Assembly (NCBI GenBank): GCA_047617785.1
Contig: JBLGBK010000001.1
Coordinates: 1 to 64,000, forward strand
Direction of reading: 5' to 3'
DNA length: 64,000 nucleotides
Source: Colwellia polaris
GTDB taxonomy: Archaea; Nanohalarchaeota; Nanosalinia; Nanosalinales; Nanosalinaceae
The position numbers were made by a program, and so were the translations under genes. The notes beneath the pieces are model-generated. The model ran no database searches and was not told the origin of the DNA. It was given only the letters and a program-made list of their open reading frames with translations. Numbering within the stretch: position 1 is the first letter of the stretch; each line of letters begins with the position of its first letter. Of the stretch, positions 38,711-48,826 are shown piece after piece.

Positions 38711-40872
38711 GATAAACCACCGCCTATACCCGTAACGAGTCCTCCAAACATTAGACTTATCATAAGAACTGTTATAGTATAGAAAACCATGCCAGAGATC
38801 ATGACTTTGCCAATAAAGAGATTCTTATACGTAGGATCTTCTCCATGAGTAATCTTCATGTAGAAAGTACCTAGTATATACAGAAGCTGTAGGAGATAAA
38901 TTCCTACAACAAACTGCAGTAGTTCTGGCGGAATAACCGAATCCAAGTTATCTAGGAAGCCCAAGCCCGCTCCCGAAGCTCCTGATTGCCCGGCAGGAAG
39001 ATTTCCTTGAGTCTGTGTAAAAGTCTCTCCCAGAGAATACAAGGCAGTAATTATTGTTTGACTCATTCCTACAGCAACACCTGAAATAACAGGAGCTAGC
39101 ATATAGGCAAGTAACTGTATTGTGGTGGTTGTATCCTCCATCAAATCATTTAGTTGTTCTTGCGTATCGTGTATATTCTTCAAATAGCGAGAAATCGTAG
39201 TCATCGCTGTAGCGGCCATTTTATTTCCTTTCTGAGAAGAAGAAAGGACTGCCCGCATTATTGTTTGAATGGTCTGGCTAGGATAATCTCGTATTGCTCC
39301 GTAGTCCTCATCAAAAAGCGATTCTTCAAAGGTCATACCCATTCTTCGGATATTGTTAGACGCATCCCGAAATAGATTAGAGATTTCCATATCCGAAGTT
39401 GACTCTGCAGCTTTCTCAAGAGCGAGTTCTACCGGAGTACCACCTGATATTTTATTCCCTAACTCGAAAAGCGCATTGGGGAACTGGCTTTCTATCTTCT
39501 CAATATCAGACTCCGCCGCTTTTCTTTCCGTATTTCCTAAAAGCTTAGAGACTCCTATACCAAGACCTAAACCTAGAGTTATAGACAAACTCCTGAGAAG
39601 CATAGGTAGCGGTGCAGCGCTTTCTCCTGAAAGAAATATCCCTGGTACTTGAGCAGGATCTAGATTATCCACGGGGTAAAAAGCAGGGAACGAGATATAC
39701 CCTACGATACCGTAAAAAGAAACTACGAGAAATATAGAGAGTCCAATACTCCAAGTTGGTATAGATAACTTACGGCCAGCCAACTCAAAATGATAAACTC
39801 CTCTTTTTGGCATCAAATTTTCATCTGAAGGCTTGGACTGTATGGTAGGAGGACGGCTGCTTAAAGTTTTCTGCATGAAAACATACAGGAAAACCGGCAG
39901 CAAGATATTAAATATTATTATTAGATGTAAAGGAGATATTACGCCTCCAAGAAAGGCTGATATAAGAGGAAGCATTATCATACCTAAAACAGGCAGCATA
40001 GCACCCATTGCGTTTATTATCATAACCGGAGTCTCTAAATTCTGAGCATAGTGTTTCATCTTCTCCTTTGTACCGCCTAATATATTATCAATAGCATCTT
40101 GAAGCAAGTTCTCTCTCCTATGAGTATTAGATTCATTTATAGCTACTTTAATCATATTTAAAGACTCTAAATAGTCGTCATTATAGTTCTTCCACCGCCT
40201 AGTATACTCTTCAAGCGATTCATCTACAGAGCTATATTTACCAACCTCTACATCCCACAAAACCTGCTTTAAATCATTTGAAATAGGGCCCTCTAGATTT
40301 AGAGCCGCGAACCTAATAGCACCTTCTAAATTAGGTGATTGCCTGAGATAAACCACCATATAAAGTACAGAAAATATTATATCACCACTACTACGGATAA
40401 CCTTGTTTTTAGCATCAAATATAGGCTTATAGAAAGTGTATACAGAAAGACCAATAGGTACAGAAAGCGCCACAACCATAAGAGATACAGGTATGATAGC
40501 GCCTAACATAATGTTTACTCCAAACAAAACCATCCAAGCAAAGAAAGAGATTACTGCAACACCAACAGTTGCAGATAAAACCATTCCCGGGGTTAAATTC
40601 CACCCTAGAAGACGTAGAGGAGGATTAAGTTTTTCCTGCATGCCTTCATCAGCACTCAAGCTTAGATATGAAGCCATAGAAGCACATAAACTCTCATACC
40701 GAGTTCTCTCCTTGGAATCTTCTTCCTCCTCCTTAAAATCTTTATACCGCTTTGAATAGAGACTATGACGATCGTAATCATAAGGAGGAAGCTCCATATC
40801 CTGATCTATATCATCCAGAATGTCCTTAATATCCTCCTTCTCGTCCTCACTAAGACCCTCATCATCTCTCAA
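38707..40872 (-). CDS. Type IV pilus/T2SS membrane platform protein (FlaJ/TadBC/GspF-like, two repeats)
   Basis: Multi-TM protein with two cytoplasmic T2SSF-like domains (NLEGAIRFAA; IESQFPNALFELG...GTPVELAL). Directly downstream of the ATPase. Confidence 0.88.
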   Translation of the reverse strand: MRDDEGLSEDEKEDIKDILDDIDQDMELPPYDYDRHSLYSKRYKDFKEEEEDSKERTRYESLCASMASYLSLSADEGMQEKLNPPLRLLGWNLTPGMVLSATVGVAVISFFAWMVLFGVNIMLGAIIPVSLMVVALSVPIGLSVYTFYKPIFDAKNKVIRSSGDIIFSVLYMVVYLRQSPNLEGAIRFAALNLEGPISNDLKQVLWDVEVGKYSSVDESLEEYTRRWKNYNDDYLESLNMIKVAINESNTHRRENLLQDAIDNILGGTKEKMKHYAQNLETPVMIINAMGAMLPVLGMIMLPLISAFLGGVISPLHLIIIFNILLPVFLYVFMQKTLSSRPPTIQSKPSDENLMPKRGVYHFELAGRKLSIPTWSIGLSIFLVVSFYGIVGYISFPAFYPVDNLDPAQVPGIFLSGESAAPLPMLLRSLSITLGLGLGIGVSKLLGNTERKAAESDIEKIESQFPNALFELGNKISGGTPVELALEKAAESTSDMEISNLFRDASNNIRRMGMTFEESLFDEDYGAIRDYPSQTIQTIMRAVLSSSQKGNKMAATAMTTISRYLKNIHDTQEQLNDLMEDTTTTIQLLAYMLAPVISGVAVGMSQTIITALYSLGETFTQTQGNLPAGQSGASGAGLGFLDNLDSVIPPELLQFVVGIYLLQLLYILGTFYMKITHGEDPTYKNLFIGKVMISGMVFYTITVLMISLMFGGLVTGIGGGLS

Positions 40873-40879
40873 AGAAAGT

Positions 40880-43144
40880 CTACACCTGCTGTTCCAGCCA
40901 TTCTTCCCATCTAGCCATTATCCTTTCTGTTTCTTGACCGCCATACTCCTTCCTGACATCTTCAGCGATGGTATGATATTTCTGATTTGCTTTTACAACG
41001 AACTCTGCCTCCAGTAATTCATCATTACCGGTTTCGTCGGCTTTGTCCGCAATCTTCTGTTTCATGTCCTTCCGCAGTTGTATATTGTCCCAAACAGCCT
41101 CCCAGTTATTCTTCCACTCACGTATATTAGAAGCAATACGGTTCAGAATCAAAGATTCCCCATTTAGAAGTGTATCTGTCGGCACAAGTTCATCCTTGTT
41201 GCTGTCGTAACGCATAAGTTCGACAAAGGCATTTTCCTCTTCTGGATCATCCGTCCAAGATTTTCGAACCTCTGTAATCCCTGTTACGCGTCTATAAGTC
41301 TCCAGTCCATCTGGACTGCGGATCTTATTAACGGAGACGATGATATCTGTAGCCTTAAATGACGTCTTTGGCACACCAAGATCGTTAACAACACGGTCAA
41401 ATACAGAGTAAGCGTCTTCTCCGTGAATTGTTCCGCCGACAAAGTTTGCTACTGCTCCTACACGCATAGCCTCGTAAAGTGCTTGAGCCTCATCTGAACG
41501 CACTTCTCCAATAACAAGCGCAGAATCTCCTAAACGCAGCGAGGTACGAATTGCTTCATCAGCTCCTAGCTCGCTTTCATTCTGGGTAATTACCGACTGC
41601 GACTTCATACGTTCAACATTGTATCCCAAATCCTTCATCTGCGGTATAGGAAGCTCCAATGTATCCTCCACCGTGACTATTCTATGGTTCTTCATAATTT
41701 CAAGCATGGAAGCTGACAGTATAGATGTTTTTCCAGCTCCACGTGTTCCAGCAAATAGTACAGACCTGTTTCCGTCCACTATGAAAGACAAAAGCGCTGC
41801 TCCGAGAGAGTTTATCATACCGTTGTTGACAAAAAGCGGTAGCGTCCATGCTCGGGAGCGGTGTCGCCTGAAAGCAAACGCTAACCCCTCAGGCGAGAGA
41901 CTCTCCTGAATTACCGCTACTCGTGCTCGTCCTCCTTCAACCTCGGTCTCAGTATCCAGTACCGGGTTGGCTTCGTCAAGCGGCCGACCTGACTGTATTC
42001 GGAACCGGGTTGCCCACGACTCCGCCTCATCTCTCGTAGGTATCAGATTGGTTTTGCACTCTTCATAGTCCTGATGGCTGATATACATCGGCGAGTCGCC
42101 GATAGGCGAGTTGATGTATACATCCTGAACTTTTGGATCTGATAGAAGTAGCTCAAGAACTCCAAGCCCGGAAGTATAACGGTTTAGGATGCTTGTTAGC
42201 TGTTCAAGCTCGTCTCTATCCAATTGGATGTTCATCTGTGCCGCGATGTCTCGAAGCATATCCTTACCAATATTCTCGAATACATCACGCATACGATCCG
42301 GTTGTGCGAACTCTCCAGATTCAGGTTTGTGCGACGCCATATAGCGCCGTGCAGCATCCAGTAGCTTGTATTTCTCCTCTGAAAGGTTAAATTCCGGAGG
42401 ATCAATATGGTAAACCGGTCGTGTTTTACCCGGCACCCTGTAAACCGTGACTTCTACATCGTTGTGTGCTTCGTATCGGTCAATTTCTTCCCCTTTTTCC
42501 GGAGGCAGACTCATAAACTTCGTAAGCATAAAGTTTGGCCGGACTAGCGGATGGAAGAACTCTCTGTATACGTCTCTGTCGCCTATATGGAATCCTGTTA
42601 TGTAATCCTGTGCCTGATCTATTATCTGGCATTCTTCCAGTCTTTGTCTTATTGGATTTATAACATCCTGCACGAAGTATTTATTGCATCGCTTCTGTTG
42701 CGGATATCCATCTTCCATTTTCTGTTTCATATGGCGCTCTTTTCTCTTCAGTTTGACGTAGGCGCCTACTGGGTCTCTTCTTAACTGATCTAGAACTATT
42801 TTCTGTACTTCAGGCAGTTCGGATTGGTATAGTTCGCTGCATTTGTTTCTTTGTATGTCTTGTGAAAGATATCCTTGGTTTGCGATGTCTTCTATTGCTT
42901 TCGATATTTCTCTGAGCAGTTCTATCTGTTCTTCGGTGTATTCGTAGTCTCTAGATTCTGATAGTACTACTGATCTTGCTCCCGGCACTTCTTCCAGTAT
43001 ATCTACTACTCTACCCATTACTTCAGGATAGTCTTCTATTGAGGCGCCGTATACTGATCCGAGAGTGTTTACTTCTACTGTGCCGCTTTCTTCGTCATAT
43101 TCGTAGTCGAAGATGTCTTTGTCTGAAGGTGGCATACCAAGCAT
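40880..43144 (-). CDS. Type II/IV secretion ATPase (FlaI/TadA/VirB11 family) with long N-terminal extension
   Basis: Walker A GTRGAGKT, Asp box VEDTLEL, Walker B LVIGEVR and His box GTIHG. Confidence 0.95.
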   Translation of the reverse strand: MLGMPPSDKDIFDYEYDEESGTVEVNTLGSVYGASIEDYPEVMGRVVDILEEVPGARSVVLSESRDYEYTEEQIELLREISKAIEDIANQGYLSQDIQRNKCSELYQSELPEVQKIVLDQLRRDPVGAYVKLKRKERHMKQKMEDGYPQQKRCNKYFVQDVINPIRQRLEECQIIDQAQDYITGFHIGDRDVYREFFHPLVRPNFMLTKFMSLPPEKGEEIDRYEAHNDVEVTVYRVPGKTRPVYHIDPPEFNLSEEKYKLLDAARRYMASHKPESGEFAQPDRMRDVFENIGKDMLRDIAAQMNIQLDRDELEQLTSILNRYTSGLGVLELLLSDPKVQDVYINSPIGDSPMYISHQDYEECKTNLIPTRDEAESWATRFRIQSGRPLDEANPVLDTETEVEGGRARVAVIQESLSPEGLAFAFRRHRSRAWTLPLFVNNGMINSLGAALLSFIVDGNRSVLFAGTRGAGKTSILSASMLEIMKNHRIVTVEDTLELPIPQMKDLGYNVERMKSQSVITQNESELGADEAIRTSLRLGDSALVIGEVRSDEAQALYEAMRVGAVANFVGGTIHGEDAYSVFDRVVNDLGVPKTSFKATDIIVSVNKIRSPDGLETYRRVTGITEVRKSWTDDPEEENAFVELMRYDSNKDELVPTDTLLNGESLILNRIASNIREWKNNWEAVWDNIQLRKDMKQKIADKADETGNDELLEAEFVVKANQKYHTIAEDVRKEYGGQETERIMARWEEWLEQQV

Positions 43145-43177
43145 TATTATTCGGGGTTTGCTAAATTAAAAGATACG

Positions 43178-43588
43178 ATGCCCGATCAAAACTTGATCAA
43201 TCAGTTAGTCACTCGAGTGAATGATTTTAACCGGCGGATGAGAGATCTTGAGGAGAAAATTCGGAACCTCACTGCACGTGTCAATACTCTAGATGACACA
43301 ATCATGAATAAGACGAAGACATTAAACACCGACTTGCAGGAGTTTGAAGACGATCTAAGCGAGGTCAGAGACCGTATAGCGAACCTAGAGGTTGATGTAA
43401 AAGAGATTAACCGTGAAAAGAGGAAATTTGTCAGTAAACAGGAATTAGAAGAAATGGAGAACTACATGGATCTAATGAACCCTGTAAACTCGAATTTTAC
43501 AACTGAAAAGCAGGTCGAGCAGAAGATAGATGATAAAGCACTCAATAAAGATGAAGTTGAATCTTTAATTGAAAAGAAATTGAATTAA
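43178..43588 (+). CDS. Coiled-coil protein divergent from the ATPase
   Basis: Heptad repeats RMRDLEEKIR and RIANLE. Confidence 0.75.
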   Translation: MPDQNLINQLVTRVNDFNRRMRDLEEKIRNLTARVNTLDDTIMNKTKTLNTDLQEFEDDLSEVRDRIANLEVDVKEINREKRKFVSKQELEEMENYMDLMNPVNSNFTTEKQVEQKIDDKALNKDEVESLIEKKLN

Positions 43589-43647
43589 AAATGAATGATT
43601 TAATAACGGAAGAAACCAAAAATGTTTACCAGAGGTAGCCTTGATAT

Positions 43648-44529
43648 ATGAAGTTTGAACTATTTGGACGCCTAGGAGATAACAACGGCCAGCAAGATCA
43701 AGAGGAAGGCGGAAATAACGGTTTTAATGCCGGATTCGGAGAAGAAGATTTCCAGACCGGTGGAGACTTAGACCGTACAGTTCAAAACATGTTTGATCAA
43801 GGTTATTCTGAAGACGAGATAAAAAGCGAGTTACAGGGACAATATGCCGAAAACGAGATAACTCAGTCGATTAATCGAGTGGTTACCTCATCGGCCACAG
43901 GAAACAACAATAGTAATGATGGACCTGAACCAATGACACCATATCAAGGAGATGAAGGCGCAGTAAGTCCTATGGACGAAGGCTACAGTCAAGACAAAAA
44001 CGAAAATGGAGGCGGCAATGAAATGAATAACATTAACCAGAACACCCAAAATGATAATATGATGCAAGAACAACAAAACCCTCAGCAGCCGCAACAACCC
44101 ACACAGCAAAGCGGTAGGCAGGGCCAAGGTAACTATAATGCGTCAGGAAATGTTGATCCTGCTGTAGAGGAGTTAATTGAAACAATTATTGCTGAAAACT
44201 TCGAGAAAGTTGAGGCAGAATTCCATAACGTCTACGATGAGCTTGACACGTTTGCAGAAGAGATTGAGGATTTAAAGCAACGTGTTCACGATCTTGAGGT
44301 TCGTGATGACGAAGATCAACAGCAGTTTGTACAGAAAATTGACGAAGTTGAAGAACATATCGATGAATATGAGTCCCGTATCGGCGGGCTGGAAAAAGCT
44401 TTCCAGCAAGTCCTACCGTCGCTAGTCGACAATGTCAGAGAGCTTACTGATCTTGTACAAGAACTGAAAGATGAAGGAGAAGTAAGTGAAGGCGACTTTG
44501 AAGATATGGACGTAGAAGATCTCCAGTAA
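43648..44529 (+). CDS. Protein with small helical domain, Q/N-rich linker and C-terminal coiled coil
   Basis: QGYSEDEIKSELQ helical motif, QQPQQP linker, then EELIETIIAE...RIGGLEKAF. Confidence 0.75.
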   Translation: MKFELFGRLGDNNGQQDQEEGGNNGFNAGFGEEDFQTGGDLDRTVQNMFDQGYSEDEIKSELQGQYAENEITQSINRVVTSSATGNNNSNDGPEPMTPYQGDEGAVSPMDEGYSQDKNENGGGNEMNNINQNTQNDNMMQEQQNPQQPQQPTQQSGRQGQGNYNASGNVDPAVEELIETIIAENFEKVEAEFHNVYDELDTFAEEIEDLKQRVHDLEVRDDEDQQQFVQKIDEVEEHIDEYESRIGGLEKAFQQVLPSLVDNVRELTDLVQELKDEGEVSEGDFEDMDVEDLQ

Positions 44530-44598
44530 AAACCCTCTACTCCAACTACTTCTTTCTGGATTTTATATTTTCTTAGCTAATTCTTTTACAGAAAAACT

Positions 44599-45117
44599 CT
44601 ATTCTTCTGAAGAAGATCTAGCTGTCAAAGCAACTACGCCTAGTATCAAACCGAGTACAAGAATAGGCATGACGAACTCTTCAAAGAATCGTTCCCAGTT
44701 CTCTATCTGAGGGATAAACTGGGATAGATCAAAGAAAGAGGCTATAATACTTAGAAGCGCTACTGAAAATATACCAGCTCCAAGAAGGAGCGGCATAGAT
44801 CTATCATTCTCCTGCAGCTTTTCAAGGTCGTAACCCGCAACTCCTAATACAATCATTAGCCCTATTACTGCAAAAATAGCAAAAGTTGTAGCTGCGACAA
44901 CATTAGTAAGCAGCCCTGCCGGTATGAAAAGATATGCGCCTCCTCCCGCCATAAAGGCTATTGCCAAGGATATAGAACCATTAACAAATTCGTCTTCGCT
45001 AATAAAATGGTATTTCTCAAGTACACCATAGCTCACAGCTAGAACAAGCAGCCATGGGAAGAAAAAGCGGAAAACCTGCATCTCTACCATCGACTGAATA
45101 ATCGATTCGAATGCCAT
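44599..45117 (-). CDS. Multi-pass membrane protein (shared module, copy 1)
   Basis: FFFPWLLVLAVSYGVLEK...NGSISLAIAF. About 5 TM helices. Confidence 0.75.
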   Translation of the reverse strand: MAFESIIQSMVEMQVFRFFFPWLLVLAVSYGVLEKYHFISEDEFVNGSISLAIAFMAGGGAYLFIPAGLLTNVVAATTFAIFAVIGLMIVLGVAGYDLEKLQENDRSMPLLLGAGIFSVALLSIIASFFDLSQFIPQIENWERFFEEFVMPILVLGLILGVVALTARSSSEE

Positions 45118-45118
45118 T

Positions 45119-45718
45119 TCACTCCCCTCCAACAGGTTGGAATAAATCGCTGAGTTTAGGTCCGCTACCTTCACCTGGATCACTTAATGTCCAGTATATT
45201 ATACCTGCTACAACTAGTATCCAGATCAAGCCAGAGTCAACCACGTAGGATATCATCTGTTGAATAGCCTGATTGTTTATGTTATCAGGTATAAACAGCT
45301 GTCCTCCTCCAGTTATGAAGAATGCTAGTATAACGATACCTGTTAATATTATGCCGTAAATTCCTTTGCCAGGATCATCTTTAGTTCCTACATCTAGACC
45401 TATAAATGCTAGTACTACAAGCAGACCGAGCAATCCTACAACAGTCAAAGCTATTGTGCCAAGATATTCAACAAAGAATTGCTGGTAAACAGGATTACTA
45501 ACTAGGAATTGCGCTACGAAGAACGCAAACACTACTGATAGTATAGCTGCGAAACGGTTATCATCTTCGTTTTCCTTGAAAAGAGGTATTCTCTTCAAGG
45601 TAAGAAAGAATAAAACATAGGTTACCACGAACGGCAGGAGACCTGAGAAGAATCCTTGTTCGCCCATTATTTGTAGAAGGTTGTTGAAGCCTCCTGTTGC
45701 CGCTTCGTGGCTGCTCAC
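45119..45718 (-). CDS. Multi-pass membrane protein (shared module, copy 2)
   Basis: LLPFVVTYVLFFLTLKR...NRFAAILSVVFAF. About 5 TM helices. Confidence 0.75.
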   Translation of the reverse strand: MSSHEAATGGFNNLLQIMGEQGFFSGLLPFVVTYVLFFLTLKRIPLFKENEDDNRFAAILSVVFAFFVAQFLVSNPVYQQFFVEYLGTIALTVVGLLGLLVVLAFIGLDVGTKDDPGKGIYGIILTGIVILAFFITGGGQLFIPDNINNQAIQQMISYVVDSGLIWILVVAGIIYWTLSDPGEGSGPKLSDLFQPVGGE

Positions 45719-45723
45719 TTTAC

Positions 45724-45981
45724 TTATTCACCTTGCTGTTCTAGGTAGTGGCTTACTTTTCTGTTCATGAGCCATAGTTCTCTACCGATTATCATCAGTG
45801 CAAGCATTGTAATCCATGGCTGGATATCTCGTCCGAATGATACCAGTGTGTCTGCCTGTGATGAGTAGAGTGCAGTCCATAGTGCTGTTGCTATTGCACC
45901 TACTGACAGAATCACGATTACAAATTCGTCTAGTACATTTTCTACATTGTATAGGTAGTTTCGGAATCTTTCTAGATTCAT
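45724..45981 (-). CDS. Small 2-TM membrane protein
   Basis: Two hydrophobic helices, tightly spaced in the operon. Confidence 0.7.
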   Translation of the reverse strand: MNLERFRNYLYNVENVLDEFVIVILSVGAIATALWTALYSSQADTLVSFGRDIQPWITMLALMIIGRELWLMNRKVSHYLEQQGE

Positions 45982-45982
45982 T

Positions 45983-46120
45983 TTAGAAGCCTCCTCCCAT
46001 TCCCATGCTGTTCTTACGCATATTCATAACTTTTGCAATTACGAAACCGGCTGCCACTCCGATTAGAAGTACATCAGGATTGGCCATTGCGCCGCTCATT
46101 ATTTGTTCCATTAGTGCCAT
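45983..46120 (-). CDS. 45-aa single-TM microprotein with Gly/Met tail (not in ORF track)
   Basis: MALMEQIMSGAMANPDVLLIGVAAGFVIAKVMNMRKNSMGMGGGF. Its tail encodes a GGAGG SD for the next gene. Confidence 0.75.
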   Translation of the reverse strand: MALMEQIMSGAMANPDVLLIGVAAGFVIAKVMNMRKNSMGMGGGF

Positions 46121-46171
46121 GGTTTTTCTTTTCCTCTAGTAATGCTGTTTATGTGCTCCTTGTTTAAATAA

Positions 46172-47215
46172 TTAAACCGGGGCTGCCTTTTGATTCATAG
46201 AACCCTCCATACCCGTAGAAGGCTTTTTCCCGGATTTGTTGGTCTGGGTAACTTCTAGATGAGAAGCATAGTCTTGATCGAGAGAATCATATTCAAAATT
46301 GTCTTTTGTTCTATAATGTATGTAATCGGCTATCTCTTCATTTATATCGATCTCAGTTGAATACTCTTCGTTTATTGCTGTACCCATATCCGAATTGACT
46401 TCTAATCCAACTATTTCCCCCTCGGAAGTCTTCATATAGTCAAATGCTGCTACTTCTAGTCCTTCCGTTGCATCTAGTGCGGCATCTATTTCGTAGTCAA
46501 ATATTTCCCCTGAATCTGTGTAATTTCCTCCGTTTGAGAGGTTATTCGCAAATCCTGCACCATTCTCTCTAGCTGCTATTTCTAGGACAGTTGCATCTTC
46601 TCCATCTCCTAGAACTATTGCCCTACAGTCCTTTACATCTTCATGGTCTATTGCCTCTTCTAATCTATAACTATCATTTTCTAGCTCTTCAATATAGGAT
46701 TCAAGATTGCTTTCTTCCTGAAGTTTTCTAACACCATTGCCACAGCAGTTACGAGAGGGCTTGGCAACTACCGCATTTTCTTCAATTATTTCGAATGCCT
46801 CTTCATCATTAAACTCTTGTGTCATTCGAACATTTTCATATTCCGAGAATTGTTGTTCTAAGTAGTCTGCAGTTCTGTTTTTGTCTTTATGATACCAAGA
46901 AACGTATGGATCTTGGATAAATCCTGTTTCCGTCTCATTTTCAATTCTCTTGAGATCTGCTACAGTTTTCTTTTGTTCTTCTTCATTCATGCCTGCAGTG
47001 AACATTTTATGCCTGTAGAAGACGGATTGGTCTTGCAGTTTATCAATTTCACCTGCAGATAGATCGGTTACTTTGAAGCCATCCTTATCTAGCTGGTTAA
47101 TTGTCTTTCTTCTTGTCGGCGTGTCTACCTGTCCAGCGTATAAAATGTCGGCATCTTCGGTATCGGTAGAAGACAGTATTCTATCAGACTTGCTTTGGAA
47201 CAACCAGCCAAACAT
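46172..47215 (-). CDS. RimK/LysX-type ATP-grasp ligase
   Basis: VAKPSRNCCGNGV, DCRAIV, FANNLSNGG, AAFDY and LEVN motifs. Confidence 0.85.
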   Translation of the reverse strand: MFGWLFQSKSDRILSSTDTEDADILYAGQVDTPTRRKTINQLDKDGFKVTDLSAGEIDKLQDQSVFYRHKMFTAGMNEEEQKKTVADLKRIENETETGFIQDPYVSWYHKDKNRTADYLEQQFSEYENVRMTQEFNDEEAFEIIEENAVVAKPSRNCCGNGVRKLQEESNLESYIEELENDSYRLEEAIDHEDVKDCRAIVLGDGEDATVLEIAARENGAGFANNLSNGGNYTDSGEIFDYEIDAALDATEGLEVAAFDYMKTSEGEIVGLEVNSDMGTAINEEYSTEIDINEEIADYIHYRTKDNFEYDSLDQDYASHLEVTQTNKSGKKPSTGMEGSMNQKAAPV

Positions 47216-47247
47216 AATTAGTTATTCGACAGTAAAAATTAAGTTGA

Positions 47248-48816
47248 TTATGAACCAAGAACTTCATCAACAGCATCAATCCCCTCATCTAATTTTTTCA
47301 GAATCTCTTCATCATCCTCAATCTTATGCTCTTCGGTCATTAACATGCCTTTAAGAATATTTACAGTATCATCTTTCACCGAATCAATACTATCTCGCAA
47401 ATTAGCTGAAGTAGTCAAGCCACCTACCTCGCTTGCAACCTCACTGCATATATCATCTATAAGATCGTCAACACTATCAGAGTTATTCTGAAGCATATCC
47501 ACCATATTTTGTATATCGCTAGGGTTCTCTATTGCCAACTCATGCTTAACTCTTCTCTTAGCTTCTTCCAAATTGTCCTTTATATCTTGTAGCTCGGATT
47601 TATCCTTCTGTAGGTGATTTTCCAAGTACTCTATGTGCTTATTCATAGTTCTGTGATGATCGAATAATTTACGATCCTCCACTTCCCTAGCAGCCTCTTT
47701 TATAACTTTTTCTTTGTCTTCTGCCTCCTCAACCTCTTTTAAAAGCTTCTTTAAGGCTTTTACAGACCTAACAATCTCTTTAGTATCAGCTATAAGACTA
47801 TTGAGCTCATCATCAAGCACAGCAACATCATGCTCATCCTTAGACTGTATTCTATCAGCAGCCGATCTTATTTCAGTTATATCGTGTAAAGCAGCTTTTA
47901 AACCGAAATTTTTGTACTTATCAGGTAAGTCTTTGCTTCCTAAGTCGGAGTTGCTATTCTGAAATAGATTCTGTCCATTAATCACATCGCCCTCAGTATA
48001 ACCAGAGCCCGTATTCGCTTTGTTGTAAAGTAGTTCTAGAGCATTTCGAAAGTTATTGATTCTTGCACCAACCTGTCTGTAACTGGCTGAACTGCCTCGC
48101 CCCGGATTATTTACCGCGTCTATAATAGCATTGATATCTGAATTAATATCTTGCTCAGACTGATGAATTGCCGGTTCGATATGACTGTAAGCACTTTCAA
48201 TATCGTCTACTGCCTCCTCCAAGTCTACTGCGTTTTTAGAGGCGTTACCCCCGTTACCGTTCCCGCCACCTCCTATATTATTTAGCTCTTGTCTTGCATC
48301 CTTTATCTCCTGTAGGCCCTGATTCAATGCTTTACCCGTCTTCCCAGTTGTCCAAGCCACTCCTGCTGCACCCCCTCCGAGAACAGAAATAAGAAGTGCT
48401 ATCACCCCAAAAACCAGGGCTACTACAAGAATCTGTTGGATATCCCAGATCAGTCCTAAAGGCTCTATCCAGTGGCCGGCCCCCATCATAGATATTATTA
48501 GGAGCAGTGATAGGACCGCAAGCAAGTTTCTTTTATTTTCAGCTTGACCTATGCCTCCAGATTCTAGATTGAACAGTTGTTGAAGATCAAACTTGACTAC
48601 TAGCTTCTTTAGAATCATGTAAACTGATACCCACAGAAGACCAAAAGTAGCTGCTATGCCGATATTATGCATTAAACTACCTGACTTAAGACCTACAAAA
48701 GAAATAATACCCTCAAATGAAGATAATGAAGTCTCTTGACCATGTGAAGCAGCGGTAAAAGACACCAAAAAATATGTCAGACCCGCAATTAAGGCAGATT
48801 TTAGTTTAGTTCTCAT
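47248..48816 (-). CDS. Signal peptide + 3-TM module + long helical/coiled-coil domain
   Basis: Likely start is MRTKLKS, with TAA-SHG. The N-terminal half is paralogous to 49828-50565. Confidence 0.75.
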   Translation of the reverse strand: MRTKLKSALIAGLTYFLVSFTAASHGQETSLSSFEGIISFVGLKSGSLMHNIGIAATFGLLWVSVYMILKKLVVKFDLQQLFNLESGGIGQAENKRNLLAVLSLLLIISMMGAGHWIEPLGLIWDIQQILVVALVFGVIALLISVLGGGAAGVAWTTGKTGKALNQGLQEIKDARQELNNIGGGGNGNGGNASKNAVDLEEAVDDIESAYSHIEPAIHQSEQDINSDINAIIDAVNNPGRGSSASYRQVGARINNFRNALELLYNKANTGSGYTEGDVINGQNLFQNSNSDLGSKDLPDKYKNFGLKAALHDITEIRSAADRIQSKDEHDVAVLDDELNSLIADTKEIVRSVKALKKLLKEVEEAEDKEKVIKEAAREVEDRKLFDHHRTMNKHIEYLENHLQKDKSELQDIKDNLEEAKRRVKHELAIENPSDIQNMVDMLQNNSDSVDDLIDDICSEVASEVGGLTTSANLRDSIDSVKDDTVNILKGMLMTEEHKIEDDEEILKKLDEGIDAVDEVLGS

Positions 48817-48826
48817 AAATCTATCT

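Noticed and set aside
38707-43144. Archaellum (flaI/flaJ) assignment
   Set aside because: No archaellins or FlaH/F/G nearby. The ATPase is much longer than FlaI and the pilin set is of a different type.
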